Positions 11,120 through 24,979 of a DNA stretch of 64,000 bases are shown here, piece after piece. The stretch covers positions 42,036,001-42,100,000 of the forward strand of contig NW_026262712.1 in assembly GCF_021869535.1 (NCBI RefSeq). Reading direction: 5' to 3'. A model generated the notes under the pieces. It worked only from the letters and a program-made list of their open reading frames with translations, ran no database searches and had not been told where the DNA came from. Every line of letters starts with the position of its first letter. The first letter of the stretch is position 1. Both the position numbers and the translations under genes were made by a program. The stretch comes from Mytilus californianus (lineage: Eukaryota).

Positions 11120-14060
11120 TATATGTACCATGTCTCCTCACATCAAAGAGAGTAAAGGTTGAAAAATATTTGATTATATAATAACTACGTACGAAACAAT
11201 GTTAGGTAATATGATACAAGTAAATGAATATCCGTTAATTTTATTAAATATTTGTTCACTGAAATGACATTACTCGATTTAAGCAAGCTATTTGGACGTA
11301 TCTCGGCCTATTGCATTGAGCGATGACGGCTCGTTGAATGCACAGTTTTGTTAGAATATATATTACTTAAAGATTGACCTAATCTGCTATTTTGAATCTG
11401 TACATATCATATGTTGTTTTTAAATTTTGGATGATGTTATTAACAATACCCTTTAGAGGGAGTAATTTATCAGGTTACAGTTAATCAATTGCACCAATCA
11501 TAACTTTTTCACTTTTTCTAAAATCATATAGTAATTTCTCAAAAGGTGAATTCTTAAAACGGCTGAATCAAAATTAAATTTTAAAAACATAAAAACAATG
11601 AAAGCTGATGTGGAATGCAAATCTCATATTTGATAAACAAGTTGACAGGAGTTTCAATCACGACGGAATTAAAAAAATTGTACACTTCTCACTTCATTTG
11701 TTAAGCATATTTCTATATATATTTCAAGATATTCTCGTCAGGAGCAGAAATTCAGATTAGTGAGGCATGTATCTGATAGGACTTTGTAATATTTCTGTTA
11801 TCAAATAGAATTTATAGGGGATTGATCTTCTAGAAAATAAATGTCAAATTAGTTATTTGTTTTTACTTTTGAAATGTTTGGCAGTTAGACTTTATATACT
11901 ACACTTTCACACAAACTTCTCAAACAGAAATATTTGTTTTGGTAAATATCAATGAAAATTAGTGCACTATAATTCATATATACCCTTATTATGTAATGAA
12001 CAATATAAATATGCTAGATGTTCTTATTAAAAGTGTGCACTTAGAAAGAAGTGAAAAAGTAAGGTTCCAACATCCTCCAGGACAGTTTACGTATAATTTG
12101 AATTATGTACTGAGTTTCATGTTGTTCATTTAGCACCTTAAGTTTACAGGTATGTATACACCTCTGGCTCTCAACATTTTGGTTCGATATTTCCTGATTA
12201 AGATTAATTCAGACAAGATTTCGAGCGCACTAAATTTACAAAGTTTTTTTACGCGTTACCGTAATGCTATTTTGCTTCAAATAGTCAATATTTTTTTTAT
12301 TTATTAGGCTTCAAATCAAATTCAATCTTTTAATGTAAAATACACCTTATTGAAACATCAATGCTTTTCCATTTTTTCTAGACTTGGATATTCCAGTTAA
12401 ACATTGGAAATCCTATACTTCCTTTTGTGTTATTGTTTCCTTGTGTATACGGCTATGTTCCTTTGGCCCTATGTGGTTGTACATTCTCGAAATCTTTCGC
12501 TCTGTCATTCTCATGCTTATAATTATGTACGCTAAACATGTGCTTCGTCTACTCAAGAATCGAAAATTCGAAACAATTGTGCAAATTCTAGATAGGCTTT
12601 CGATACACGTGGGTGAAAATCTTCGTGTTATGAATAAATCACCATTTTGCATTAGATGACACCACAAATATACTGACTACTATAAAAGCGAAACTATCGA
12701 GAATGAAATATCCACCTGCAGCGGCACCGACCTCTTGATTGTTAATACTCATAAACCATACCAATTTAATAATTTGGTAAGCCAAAATCATGTTTTATCT
12801 ACTTAACACTCATTAGTTGCTTCCGAATTAAAACAGTTGAAAGGTAAAAGAATAACCATACTTAAAGAAAATTGACAAACGACAATATGCCTATTGGACA
12901 GAACCTTAATGTTTCGAATTTAATCAACAGCAAATTAACAATCAAATGAATGTATCATCAAATGTGTTAAAAATACTTCTGCTGGGCTGTTGATACACTC
13001 GAGGACGAAACTTCCACCAGCAATGATATTCGATCTGAGTTAAACTTGATAATCTATCATAATGTTAACGTTGTTGTTGTTCTTAGAGCTTCTTAATTGA
13101 GAAATGATCCTTCTTATGAATAAACTCGTTCATTAATGCTTATAATGTTTATTGTGGAAGCAAGGTAGTACAGATTTTAAATTTTGTCTATATCGGAATT
13201 AACGTTTTTCTTTGTTTTTGTTTTTGTTTTTTTTTTTTGCTGTTATAAATATGTATATTATACATTATCTCTATGTATGATCCTATATCTTGTCGATACC
13301 ATAGCTATATTTTGCATTGCAAATAATCATGCTTTTCTCATACGCCTTGATTTATATCGAATTTGTAGGAGGTGGCTTGAATGATGTTTTATGCTGTAAA
13401 ATAAATGGTTTATTTATTAGATGAAATTTGAATCTGAACAAATCTTATTCTGTTTTTGATGTACTGACAGTTGTCGCATTGTTAATCATATTGTATATAA
13501 ACCTCCATATAAAAACAATGAAAAGTGTCAAACTGCTAATTTGATACAACAGAATAAAGCTCATAGATACTATCCTCATTAACATGGTTATAGAAATGAT
13601 AAGACATCGGAAACTGAAATTAGAACTTTGCTCTTATATTCACGGTGGAAGAAATATTCTCACCATAAGGAACACGTCACTGTAAGCATTTTAAGTTGAA
13701 TCGATTTGCCACCAACAATCAGATGATAAACAAATAAAGATGAATACCACAGAATAAACATGGAAATGAAAAACAATGACAAGTATTGATATATCATCAT
13801 ATAAGTCCTGCTATCTTATATTTGAAAGGTCTTTTAAACTTTTCAGTAGTAAGCGATAAATCCTCAAATAAATTGAATAGATTTTTATGCCACATAATAT
13901 TTGAAAATATTTTAATCAACCGCATAAAACTTTTCAATAGCAAGTGATAAATTCATGAATAAATTAAAGCTTGTTTAATCATGGTACTCTAATAGCAGCT
14001 GATCAGACCAACTTGTATCCGAATTTACAACATTGCCAATGAATGAAAGTTTACTTGCAG

Positions 14061-14244
14061 ATAGCGTTCTATTTACCATCGTGCATAGGCTTCCAGAATA
14101 AATGTCCCAGTTCCTCAGAGAGAAATTTTAGAGCAACATCATTGTGTAATACATCTTCAGCATTGAACTATTCGTGTCTCTTTGACGAAAATAGAGGATT
14201 CAATGTGGAATCATGCATAACAAAGACAGATTTTGCCCCGCCAG
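14061..14244 (+). CDS. Exon A of a putative Cys-rich type I membrane protein (IAFYLPSCIGFQNKCPSSSERNFRATSLCN...CLFDENRGFNVESCITKTDFAPPG)
   Basis: ttacttgcag acceptor (alternative AGs at 14088 and 14096), CCAG|GTATGG donor in phase 1, Cys-rich open frame; first coding exon not located. Confidence 0.7.
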
Positions 14245-15057
14245 GTATGGTGTATGCGTATGTCTGTATATTGTACCCCCATTGGATACCTTTCAGCAGC
14301 AACAAGCAAGACAAATTACAGAAAAAAAGCGTTACAGTGCCATGTTATTTCTTTCTATTTCAAGAAATTGTAATTTCACATATGCCTATCCGAAATGCTT
14401 TCCAAGCTCCGAAACTTGAACGCTAATAAATACTCAAATATGACAAGATATTAGACAAAAAAGGATAACCAAATCAATGGCGGATCTTTTTTTTTATTGA
14501 AACCTCAGTCACACATACAGGATTTTTGCTTCCGTCCCTTGTAGGACTATGCCCAACTAAAATATGTCAAAAGTCTGATCAGGATCCTGTCATTCGTGGC
14601 TTGAAATTATAAAAAAATTGTAAAACTTTTATTCAGTCACGATAAGCATCAGATGTTGCAGTATCCCTATTCCCCTGAATGCATTTTCGACAGAGATCAG
14701 ACATTGACCATACGAAAGACTTTAGGCAAGATCTGTACGCAATCTCGACTCATTCGAAAATAAACAGCAATGACCAATTTCTCAAAAGAATGCTCATTTC
14801 ACAGGACAACGTCAAAACACCGTCAAGACAACACAGAATTTTTTTTGTATCTGATACAGCAGAATTTATCATCATATATCCACGATTGTAATCCGATTTG
14901 ACAAGATCGGCTGAGATTCCCGAATGTTACGTGATCTACCTAACTGTCAAAAGTGGTTTACCGAACTTGCTAGACCATTCCCGATCCGTATGACTATGTT
15001 ACAAACATTCACGACTGTGTTAAGACTAAATTAGAACCTTCCAGATAATTTAGGATA

Positions 15058-15264
15058 CTGTGGATTCATTTATTTCGTGGGTATCAATTTTCGTGGATGG
15101 AATAAAACTTGCATCTTCGTGTATATTTGATTTCGTGGTTTTGCGAATCTCTGTATACACAGTCTAGAGAAAATGTGTAATTCGTTGAACTTTTGAATTC
15201 GTGGTTCACCTGTACCAACGAAATCCACGAAATGTGTATCCAACGAATAATAATGAGTCCACAG
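15058..15264. mobile_element. 207-bp MITE with TA target duplication (Tc1/mariner-type), intronic
   Basis: TA|CTGTGGATTCATT...AATGAGTCCACAG|TA; imperfect TIR extends ~40 bp (ttcgtgg/ccacgaa units). Confidence 0.8.
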
Positions 15265-15598
15265 TAGTAATCCGATTTTTTTTTCATTTGTGACGTAGGT
15301 ATGAAAGCTGCATTAATCTATTTCCATGTCTATTAACGGGGAAATTTAAAAAAAAAACAAAAAAAACAAAAGCCAGTGTAAACGCACTGACAACTGAGCA
15401 GCTGCCGCCTATTGAGGTGATGACATCATACTGAATAAGAAGTCAACACACATCTGTTTCGACAGGCAGCTAGAACTTAAAATTAAATTTAGTGCTCCCA
15501 TACTGCTTTTCTGTTTAAACTTTTACTTTAAGTCTTTTAATATACAATGTATTTCTTGGTAATCGTATAAAAATCTCCTTAAAGTATACATATTTCAG

Positions 15599-15901
15599 GT
15601 TACAAATATGTGTTGAGAGGTCAGCCAGATTTTACGCAATGTGAAATTGAGCGATACCAGCCAATCCGTTTGTGGTCCAATGTCAGCAACCAGTGTATCT
15701 TTCAGAAATCTAAATGTATTCAAAATGGTCAGTTTCTGTTTAAAAATGGTACAACTGAAACGGACAGGTCCTGCAGATGTGATTATACAAGAGGGTATGC
15801 TTTCATCACAAAACCGAAAAATCAATGCTTTTGTATTCCTTCAGAGGAAGATTGCAATTGCTACAAAAAGTACTGTCCACATAAAGGACTTCTGACACCA
15901 G
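15599..15901 (+). CDS. Exon B, Cys-rich (TNFR-like spacing) ectodomain: GYKYVLRGQPDFTQCEIERYQP...DRSCRCDYTRGY...CFCIPSEEDCNCYKKYCPHKGLLTP
   Basis: tatttcag acceptor, CCAG|GTAAGA donor, 303 bp, phase 1-1, in frame with exons A and C; 10 Cys. Confidence 0.85.
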
Positions 15902-16546
15902 GTAAGATATTTATGTTTAATTATATGATACGATATAACATGGAATAATGGGGGAAACAATCATTTGTGCACCTGCCTATGTACATGTAAGTCCTTTCCA
16001 TTTTTTTGGCAAAAAAAACAACTTCGGTGAAAAACACTGTATTTTAACAAACTAGAATTCAACTTATCAATTTTAATAGGTATAACGTTTTATATATGAT
16101 TTGACAGTCATCAGCAATAATATGGAAACATGTTTTAGCACAGTTTTAACAAAGGATGCATGAATGGAAGAAGTGTATAAACTTAAAACATAACTTTATA
16201 ATTCCGAATTTGTTTCATTTGGCTAGCATCCCAGATGAAAAGATATTTCTTAATGATGAAATTAAAAAATCAGTCATATTATATATAACAGCACAAAGGT
16301 ATTGTAAACAACTCAGGTCTCAAAAGAATACGCTCGTTTGCAAATATTTTAAATCTGACAATAAAAATTATAAAACTGGTTTTTACATTCGACTCATTTG
16401 ATGAATTCGATGTAGAAGCACCTTAAATATTTTTATACCGAAACATAAACATTAATAAATTGCAAGAAGAAGTAATCAAAATTCAAATATACTTAAGACT
16501 TTGAATGCATTTTGATTAACAAAAGAATATTATATTATGTTTTCAG

Positions 16547-16619
16547 ATTATAATTGTGCAACAGAAAAAGATAAACCAGGACAAAACACTTATTTTTGTC
16601 CAATTATTGTATATAACAG
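16547..16619 (+). CDS. Exon C (DYNCATEKDKPGQNTYFCPIIVYNR)
   Basis: tgttttcag acceptor, ACAG|GTATAA donor, phase 1-2; restores the ...TPDYNC motif across the junction. Confidence 0.75.
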
Positions 16620-17824
16620 GTATAATTTTATACTGCATTTTGTCTTGTTATAGGTGTAATACCACCATTGATTTTCCCCTATTAGTCTTTGTTAAATTTG
16701 CACTTTTCAAAAAATTGTGCAGAATTTATCTTTGTTTTTAAATAAAGAAATACTTGGCATGAGTAAAGTTTAATCCTGTCCAGTACTATAGACAAATTTT
16801 CACAAAACATTTCATTGCATATAAGAAAATAACCATCACTGGAAGTTAACCAATCAAATTTTCACCTCTTTTTTTCTTGTGTACAAGCTTTAGTCAATGT
16901 TAGTAACCATGTGACCTCAAGTTTCCAAAATACTCTATAGAAACACCAAATAAAAAGATAATGGTGCTTTGAAACACCCAAGACATATGTTTATGACTCA
17001 GAAATTTTTTACTGCAATGAAATGTGGGATTAATTTCCTACAACTGTCAAATTCAAGGAAATATTTTTTTTCGACCCTTTTTCGTATGCAACCGGATGTG
17101 ACGTACTATGATTTGGTGGCATTACACCTATAGTCTTGTACACAACATAATGTGAAAACGAAAATCTTTTTACTTGACATGTAATACTACATTCGCTTTT
17201 CACTGGCGATATTGTAGCACACATCCAGCCGTTTAATAATAACGTGGTATGTTTATGTCAAAATTTAAATGCACATTAAGAGTGTAATCATATTCATTTA
17301 AAAAAAACGGTTTGTTTTATTAGATACACTCTAGGGAAGCGCAATTGTACGTTTAAAAAAAAAGTAAAATCACAAAAATACTGAACTCCGAGGAAAATTC
17401 AATCGGAAAGTCCCTAATCACATGGCAAAATCAAATGACAAAACACATCAAACGAATGGACAACAACTGTCATATTCCTGACTTGGTACAGGCATTTTCA
17501 AATGTAGAAAATGGTGGATTGAACCTGGTTTTATAGCGCTAAACCTCTCACTTGTACGACAGTCTTATCAAATTCCGTTATATTTACAACGATGCGTGAA
17601 CAAAACAGACATTATAAATAAAATAGTCAAAATATGGATATGCTTTTTTTGTTATCATAAGATATGCTCAAGATAATCACATGATCTGACTTGCGAAAAA
17701 AAAAAGCAGACACAATTGTGTTGTAACTTTCTTTCATTTTAAGTTTTGGTTAATATTTGCGACGACGGATGTTTTTAGTTTTCAAATGGCTGGTTCTGTA
17801 TCAAAATTAGTTATATTAGAAAAA

Positions 17825-18370
17825 GAGAAGCGAAAGATACCAAAGAGACATTCAAATTCACAACTCGAAAATAAACTGACAACGCTATGCATAAAACAGA
17901 AAACTTAAGAAAGAGAAACACAAAACCCACAAAAACTGGGAGTGATTTCAGGTGCTCCGGAAGGATGAGCAGATCCTGTTTCTACATGTGACACACTTCG
18001 TGTTGCTAATGCAAATACACATCCGTTGATAAGTCTGATTCGTTAGATCAAATTCGGAGAAAAGGAGACGGGATTGTAGTACGACAATTGGAACATATCC
18101 GTCGTCAGCTGTGAAGCAGATATTCCATAACAGTCAATTAACTTGTGATGGCGTCCGTAAAATAACGAAGGGATGATTTCTATTTCATCACTTGGAACTC
18201 TTGCTTTAATAGCTTCCTTTTGAGCAGCAACCCTCTATCAAGGAAATCATGATAGAATATACAAGCCCTGGAACATCGTATAAACTCGGATATATAAACC
18301 GTATGCAGGCGCTGCTAAAATGTTGCTTCATAGAATTGAAAAATTCACAATTGGAAACTGAATTCATTTT
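17825..18370 (-). mobile_element. 5'-truncated Naiad-like PLE: RT C-terminus plus 3' UTR
   Basis: Reverse complement reads as degenerate FPIVNF...NI.AAPAYG.Y...RGLL..KLLKQEFQV...SLRYFTDAIT, paralleling 6945-7170 (FPIINFPFLSSNVPSAPSYGVYISQ...KFYGHH). Confidence 0.75.
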
Positions 18371-18751
18371 TTTTTCGTAATATTTTGTAGAAAAAATGTT
18401 ATTAAAAAGTTTTTACCTGTCTTATATACAAAACAATCTATCCCAGCATGTTCAAACAATGTGGGTGAAAAATAAAATTTTACTTTATAGTATGTAATAG
18501 AGGAAACTGATGTTTAAGAATAATGCTATCTTCATTTCATTCTTTTTGGAAAACTCATATATGATTAAGGCGAAGAAAGAAACAAGTCAACAAAAAAGAG
18601 CACGTATGCGTTCCATTTACAAGTCGATTGTTTGTAGCAAGTCTCGGTATACGAACGCAACAATTTTGCTGCCGATGACGAATTTCAGATAACTTTTGTT
18701 CTGAAATGATATATTATGATTACACAATAAACCATGCATATTTCCATTGAG

Positions 18752-18813
18752 GTTACCGACTGACAGTTTTACCATCAAGGAAAAGAACAACTTTTGGAAA
18801 GAGCTAGGGACTG
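18752..18813 (+). CDS. Exon D, stalk (RLPTDSFTIKEKNNFWKELGTE)
   Basis: Phase 2-1 exon that bridges C and E; ACTG|GTAATT donor; weaker ...ccattgag acceptor. Confidence 0.55.
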
Positions 18814-19541
18814 GTAATTTGAATAATTATCAGTTACCAACGACTGTTACACATATGAAAGGATTCATTATTGCAAAGCCATAGATCTAACACAATCAAA
18901 ACAAATATAGAAGGCAACATAAAGTAGTCAACGAGACACCGGTGTCCATACAATAGGTCAAGCTATTTATCATTTCGGGTATATCAAACCTGTGAATAAC
19001 TTAGCAGTTCATGTAATAATATAAACTCTGCAATTTTCCAAATAAGAAAAAGTATCCGAAGATGACATACACCAACTACTGACGATATTATATACTTCGG
19101 ACAAACATATGCGCAAGGATTAAACTAGATTTCAAATCATCCCAATCCTTCCATTTTTTAATCTCGATCACTAAATTAACAAATTTTACGCGAAAGACCA
19201 TTCTATAAAAACCATAAGAGAAAAATCTTTCAATTGATAAATAAAGCTATGATATATAACAAAAACACTGAAGAAACAACAAGTTATACCGAATAGATTT
19301 TTTTTGGAAGTTGATTCAAGGCATTGCTAATAAGAAATCACGCCATCCTAATCTGTCGATCATCGTCTATGTCTTTTTTGTGTGTATTTTTGGTTTGTTT
19401 TCTAAAGTATCTGGATAGCAATCCTCGCCGACATTCTGTGGTATAAGATTGTTGCCATGTACCGTTTTTGTTTTTTTTTTTTTCTTTTTCATTTATTCAG
19501 TTGTAAAAAGAAACTGTGCCTTTTCTTTTCCTTTTATTCAG

Positions 19542-19607
19542 AATTTTCGTCAAAAATGATTGTTTTTGTGGTGACTGCAATATGTACATTCCTAATAGCA
19601 GTTCAGG
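19542..19607 (+). CDS. Exon E, first part of transmembrane helix (FSSKMIVFVVTAICTFLIAVQG)
   Basis: Long polypyrimidine tract ttttcttttccttttattcag, CAGG|GTAGGT donor, phase 1-1, hydrophobic. Confidence 0.7.
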
Positions 19608-20149
19608 GTAGGTAAATAGAAATTATTATGTTACATATTTCAATGAGAAGTCAACCTTGTATTCATGGGTATATATTACGTACAGGAGGTTATTTTCAAA
19701 ATTTTATATCATACATATCAAACGATCGTACAATTTGTAGATTTAACAATGTTTCATATTCCCTGTGTGATATTTTGATTCACATGACGGTTGATGGTAG
19801 CATAGCAGTGTCGACGCGTATAGTGTCGACGCATCATGTCTCGCACCTCTTGTTGATTTCTTGCAATTTCTTCTTTTTTTTTTAATCCTGATTTTATATA
19901 TAAGAAGATGTGGTATGAGTGCCAATGAGACAACTCTCCATCCAAGTCAAAATTTATAAAAGTTAACCATTATAGGTCAAAGTACGGTCTTCAACTCGGA
20001 GCCTTGTGTCACACCGAACAGCAAGCTACAAAGGGCCCCCAAAATTATTAGTGTAAAACCATTCAAACGGGAAAACCAAATTTGCATATTTGAAACAATA
20101 CGAGATGTGAATATAGGTAATGAAAACATATTAGGTGAAACATACCAAT

Positions 20150-20620
20150 GTTCCTTCAAAACTCATAATTCGAGATAGGCTGACAGCGATATTGCAAAAG
20201 ATATGACGACGCTACGACAAACAAATCCACAAAACACTTTATAGAGAACTACAGATTGAGCAACAGGAACCCCACCAGCAATTGGGGATATTTCATGCGC
20301 GTAAGAAGGAGAAGGTATCCTGCTCCGTTAGTGGCACTTGACGTGTTACTCATCGTGAGTAATTCATTTCATCCGGTGATATCGCAATTGAGGACTCAAT
20401 TGGGTTTACGACAAGTGAAACATAATTGATGTAATCTTTGAAACATAAATTCCTAAATGGTCTATAAACTGATGATATGCAACTCTTCAAGGGATTTCTT
20501 CATGTTTAACACTAGAAATATATGGTGTAAAAGCTCCCTTGTTATCAGCAACCCTCTATCAAAAAATATTGAGGGGAAAAGAATCTCTTCAAGGATAATG
20601 TACCAGGTGTATAATTGTGT
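20150..20620 (-). mobile_element. More degenerate Naiad-like PLE 3' fragment
   Basis: Shares cagcaaccctctatcaa and attgagcaacaggaaccccacc motifs with 17825-18370. Confidence 0.55.
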
Positions 20621-21693
20621 ACACCTGAGTGATCAACAGAGAGATAAATACTTCACATGCAGGCACTGTATAGAAACTACGGTTGACCTGAGTTTTAACA
20701 TGCATGTCATAGTAATTGATATGTCAATATAAAACGATTGTTGAACCGGTATTCAGGCTTTCGAAAATGTCTTATTTGGACGAAATCACTAGTCGAAAGT
20801 GCATAAACATCTAAGTGTGTTATAACTATGACGTCAAACTACAAGGCAAAATTAGAAGCCGGCATGTTTATAGGAGTAACACGACGGGTGTTACATGTAG
20901 AGCAGAATCTGCTAACTTTTTTTAAGGCACCTAATACCACGCCCGGTTATATCTGAGTTCGTGTAGCTCGGCCGTTAGTTTTCTATTGTTTCGTTTGTAG
21001 ACTGTTGTTTTTCTTTGATGTTGTATTTTGCTTTTGTGCCATGACATTGTCATTTTGTTAACGTCTTGTGAATCTGAATATTTTTGGTATCTTCGCCTCT
21101 CTCTTTTGTGCTTTTCAATAAACGTCTTTATTTTTTTAAACTTGCAATGTTTTATATCATTGGCTTCTCAAACTTATGGTCTAGTTTATCATTTAAAAAA
21201 CTTGTTTAATGACCAAGGACAATACATAACTATGTGTATGCTTTTCTCGGTTTACTTGCATCAGTAGCACCAGGAGTATGTTAATCCAAATGCCCGGACA
21301 GATAAAGATGGATACATGTAAATTTATTTCTGAAACAAAACCAAAACGAGACAATAATTTAAACTATAAGATGAATCAGGATTATTGAATATTTTTCCTG
21401 AGGTTTTCCTTTCAATATAAAATTACATATTCGTACATTTCTTTCAAATAGAATTCTGTATGATTTTCAAAAACACATTTCTGTACGAACGTTTCAGTAA
21501 AACATAGGAATAAAATTATGTTGTGTGTATTTTCCATTAGACAGCAACCCGACCGATAACCAAAGTCACTGAAAAAGAGACATGAAACATTTTTTTTTTT
21601 AATTTTCATATTCATACATTATTCCAAAACGATAAAAACTTGTTGTTATCAATTAATGATTGTTTTCAAGATAGATACATTATCCTTTTTCAG

Positions 21694-21726
21694 GAACTCT
21701 AGTATTAGTTTGCGTTAAAGGACAAG
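21694..21726 (+). CDS. Exon F, 33-bp exon completing the TM helix (GTLVLVCVKGQG)
   Basis: tcctttttcag acceptor, CAAG|GTAAGT consensus donor, phase 1-1. Confidence 0.7.
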
Positions 21727-24180
21727 GTAAGTTAAAAGTTAAACAGCATTACTGTCTTCCTTGTCAACCTTAACTTATATTTGAAACAATTTTTTTTACT
21801 TTCTGATTTATAGACATTTCAGATTACTTAGTGTTTGTCGTAATGATACACGACTTAAAAAATAGAGACAACAATTTGATTGGCTGATATAAGATTTACA
21901 AGAACAGAAAACTGAAACCAAGTCTTTGTGAGCATAGCGTTGACACATGATATGTAGTTTAATCAGAATGTAGTTGGATATTGCGTTTTTAAATTAGATA
22001 AAACGTTAAACTTCGCCTCTGTGTACTCTCAATAATTATTTATGTTTAGAATTAAGACTTTGAATAGTATGCACTAATGTCATAAAGCTATTGCTATATA
22101 TTGTTTCTTAGCAATGTAGTGTAACCAAATCGAATTGTAACACCATATGTAGGCAAAAACATGCCTCATAGGCTAACTGATTAAAATGAGTTTACCTAAA
22201 TGTTACAAGAAGGGCGTCTTCCTAAACCAAAAATATCAAAACAAAAAGCACTTGTTATCATATTCTTTTAAAAAGGAAGACATTCATGTAACGTACAAAA
22301 GCAAAACGACATCAATAATGTAACTGTTAATATGAACACAAGAAGATGTTTTATTATTGCAAATGAAAGAACTATCCACGATTGGCCAACATGGTAGATG
22401 TGAGAAAGAGCTCATCCATCCCCAGACCTGCAGGAACAATGATGTACCGCAACGAAGTAAGAAAAAATTATTATCTTATGGTTGTGAACTGTAATATATT
22501 CCTTGCATGCAGAAACATTTCTCGCATCACACTGCACGGAGTGGGATAAAACAGTGGTATGAAATATGCGCGAATGTTATTGGCTTATCCAGTATCATGA
22601 GACGATATTGCATCATACATTATCATATTGGTCAATCGTTAGGTCATTGAGAACATTCAAAAGTTAAACAATGTACATTTTGCCCATTTTGTAATAATAT
22701 ACAATACACTCAGACTTATCAACTGAAAGTCTCCTTTTTGTCTAATTTAATTACATTCTGAAGCGTACAATAAGTTTCGAAATGTATTATGTAAACATTT
22801 GAAGCCAGAACATGGCACATGACGTCATACTGGTATGTGCAAAAGATTAGATCAACGATTTGTAGAATTGTCTATTTAACACAATGAAAGTGTTGACCAT
22901 ACGAGAATAATGTTCATCGATTCGTGACATTGGATGAAGCTTGATATCAACTATCGTTATGTTATTCAAATAGTACTAATACACTCGTCGAAGGATCGTT
23001 CAGTGGAAAATCAAATTACTGCGAACAATAAAACAATTCATTCTTCTCATGATATGGTCGACAAAATCAATAATTACAAAACAATGCTGGTGACGATACT
23101 TATCAACATGCATTTCTATACAACAATCGTACATTTTAAGAAAATACTTGTTAAACTGTGAGAAATATACGTGCAAATCACGATGTTTTACATTTAGTAT
23201 TTATCGAGATAATTGCATTCGAAGTTTATCATGTTTATGAAACTGAAATATAAAAAATGTAAATCTTTACTGCATATTGATTAACAGAAAATGACAAAAA
23301 TCATGTACTTACAAAATTTAAAGACCTTTGAGATCAGAAATTTTTGGAGTGTTACACAAATAGCATGTTACAATTTCCCAAATATACTTGCTTTTCAAAT
23401 CTAAGTTTTCGAGAACACCAGTCTGCTCTTGTCACGTGAACATACGATATAAACATATTGTCTTTTCGTGAATATAACAATTTAAAAGTCTGTCTGTGCA
23501 GGTTCAAAAATTAAAAATTCATATTTTCTATGAAGCAGGTTATCCGTTTAAAGGTTTTTACTAGTTCTGTTATACAATTTTTAGAAGAGGTCGTGTCGGT
23601 TTTTATACATGTATTTGCGGTCTTCTCGATCTATTCACATTAGATGTTTTCATCGGGTTAAGGTCCGTTTGAATTTGCTTAGCTACTTAATCTCAATTGT
23701 GTTAATCTTTGATGCATATCAATGGATTCCCCTAGTATTTTTTTCCTCAACTTCTCTGATCTAGCTACATACATGTACAGATAATTGACTCGAGTTCATA
23801 TCGAGAGATATTTAATTTTTGTTCGTCTAAGAGTGCTCTCAATTAGTGAATGCTTGTTCAAAATAAGTACAACTAAAAATTAATCATGTTTCCCTTATTA
23901 AAATCAACCAGTAAACATCAAATGCATTTAGATTAAAGACGACCTTTACAGGATGAGAAACAAAATACTAAATTGAATTGAATTATAACATGACTTTATT
24001 TCAAGCGACATTCCGTTCTAACTCGTTGTAAAACCTATGATTATAAATACAATTGAAATTAAATGAATAGGGGGAATCATTTTAAAATAAGAAAAAATCA
24101 GATCTAGTTTTAAAAAATGTTCTGCTTTTTAATGTTTTTTTCATGATTTGTTCATGATTTTTCATGATTGCTAAATATAG

Positions 24181-24285
24181 GTACTGTCACATCAACAACA
24201 ACAAGTTCCGAAATAGAAGAAACACACAATGCATACAGCAGAGAACATGAACTAACCAGGGAATATACATTCACAACAACAGAAG
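24181..24285 (+). CDS. Exon G, Thr/Ser/Glu-rich cytoplasmic segment (TVTSTTTSSEIEETHNAYSREHELTREYTFTTTE)
   Basis: aaatatag acceptor, GAAG|GTAAGA donor, 105 bp, phase 1-1, open. Confidence 0.65.
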
Positions 24286-24875
24286 GTAAGACTCATCAAT
24301 ATTTATCGTAATAATCTAACGATCACTGGAACAAATGTGTAGATGTAAAATTACATGTTAAGACAAAAACACTGGAAATAAATGTTCAAGTTGCGATCTT
24401 TAGCAGCTGAACCAATTAAATAGATTAATGTGCGTATCGATACTTATTTCATCATATCATTAGCTACTAATAATGCACATTGTACCAGTCAAAATTCAAA
24501 TTTGTGTTATCTGAAGCAAACGTTATACGTCATGTTCATTTTTGATCAGCGCATATTTTTATTTTTTGTCTTCTATGGTCAAAATAGAGTATATTCTCCT
24601 GGTATATGCACATTTTTTTGAGAAATAAATGACATTTTGTTTCATTTAGTAAGGGTTGTATAGATTTACTAAGCAAAAAAATTCATAGACGTTTTTCGAG
24701 TAAAGTTATTTCAAATAAAAAAATGTAAAGCAATGATATTTGTACAAACCTCAGTTTTTAAAATTGTTTGCTCGACTACAATTTTTTTAAAGATAGTGTT
24801 TGAAAATGTCATTATATTGTTTTCAGATATTTATTGCTCTTAGATAATGTACGACTATGAAAGATAAAATTGGTA

Positions 24876-24979
24876 TAACTGTTAACTGAAGGTGTGTTTT
24901 TGCCAACCACCACCCCTCCCCCAAATTGTTTAACTGTTAACTAAATGTGTGTTTCTGCCAACCACCACACCTCCCCCAC
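24876..24979 (+). repeat. 55-bp tandem duplication
   Basis: taactgttaact...gtgtgtttNtgccaaccaccacNcctccccca at 24876 and 24931. Confidence 0.85.

Noticed and set aside
12384-13164. Candidates for the missing first (signal-peptide) exon of the receptor-like gene
   Set aside because: 13136-13164 (MLIMFIVEAR) ends in phase 2, incompatible with the available acceptors; the 12384 ORF lacks a convincing ATG/donor pair
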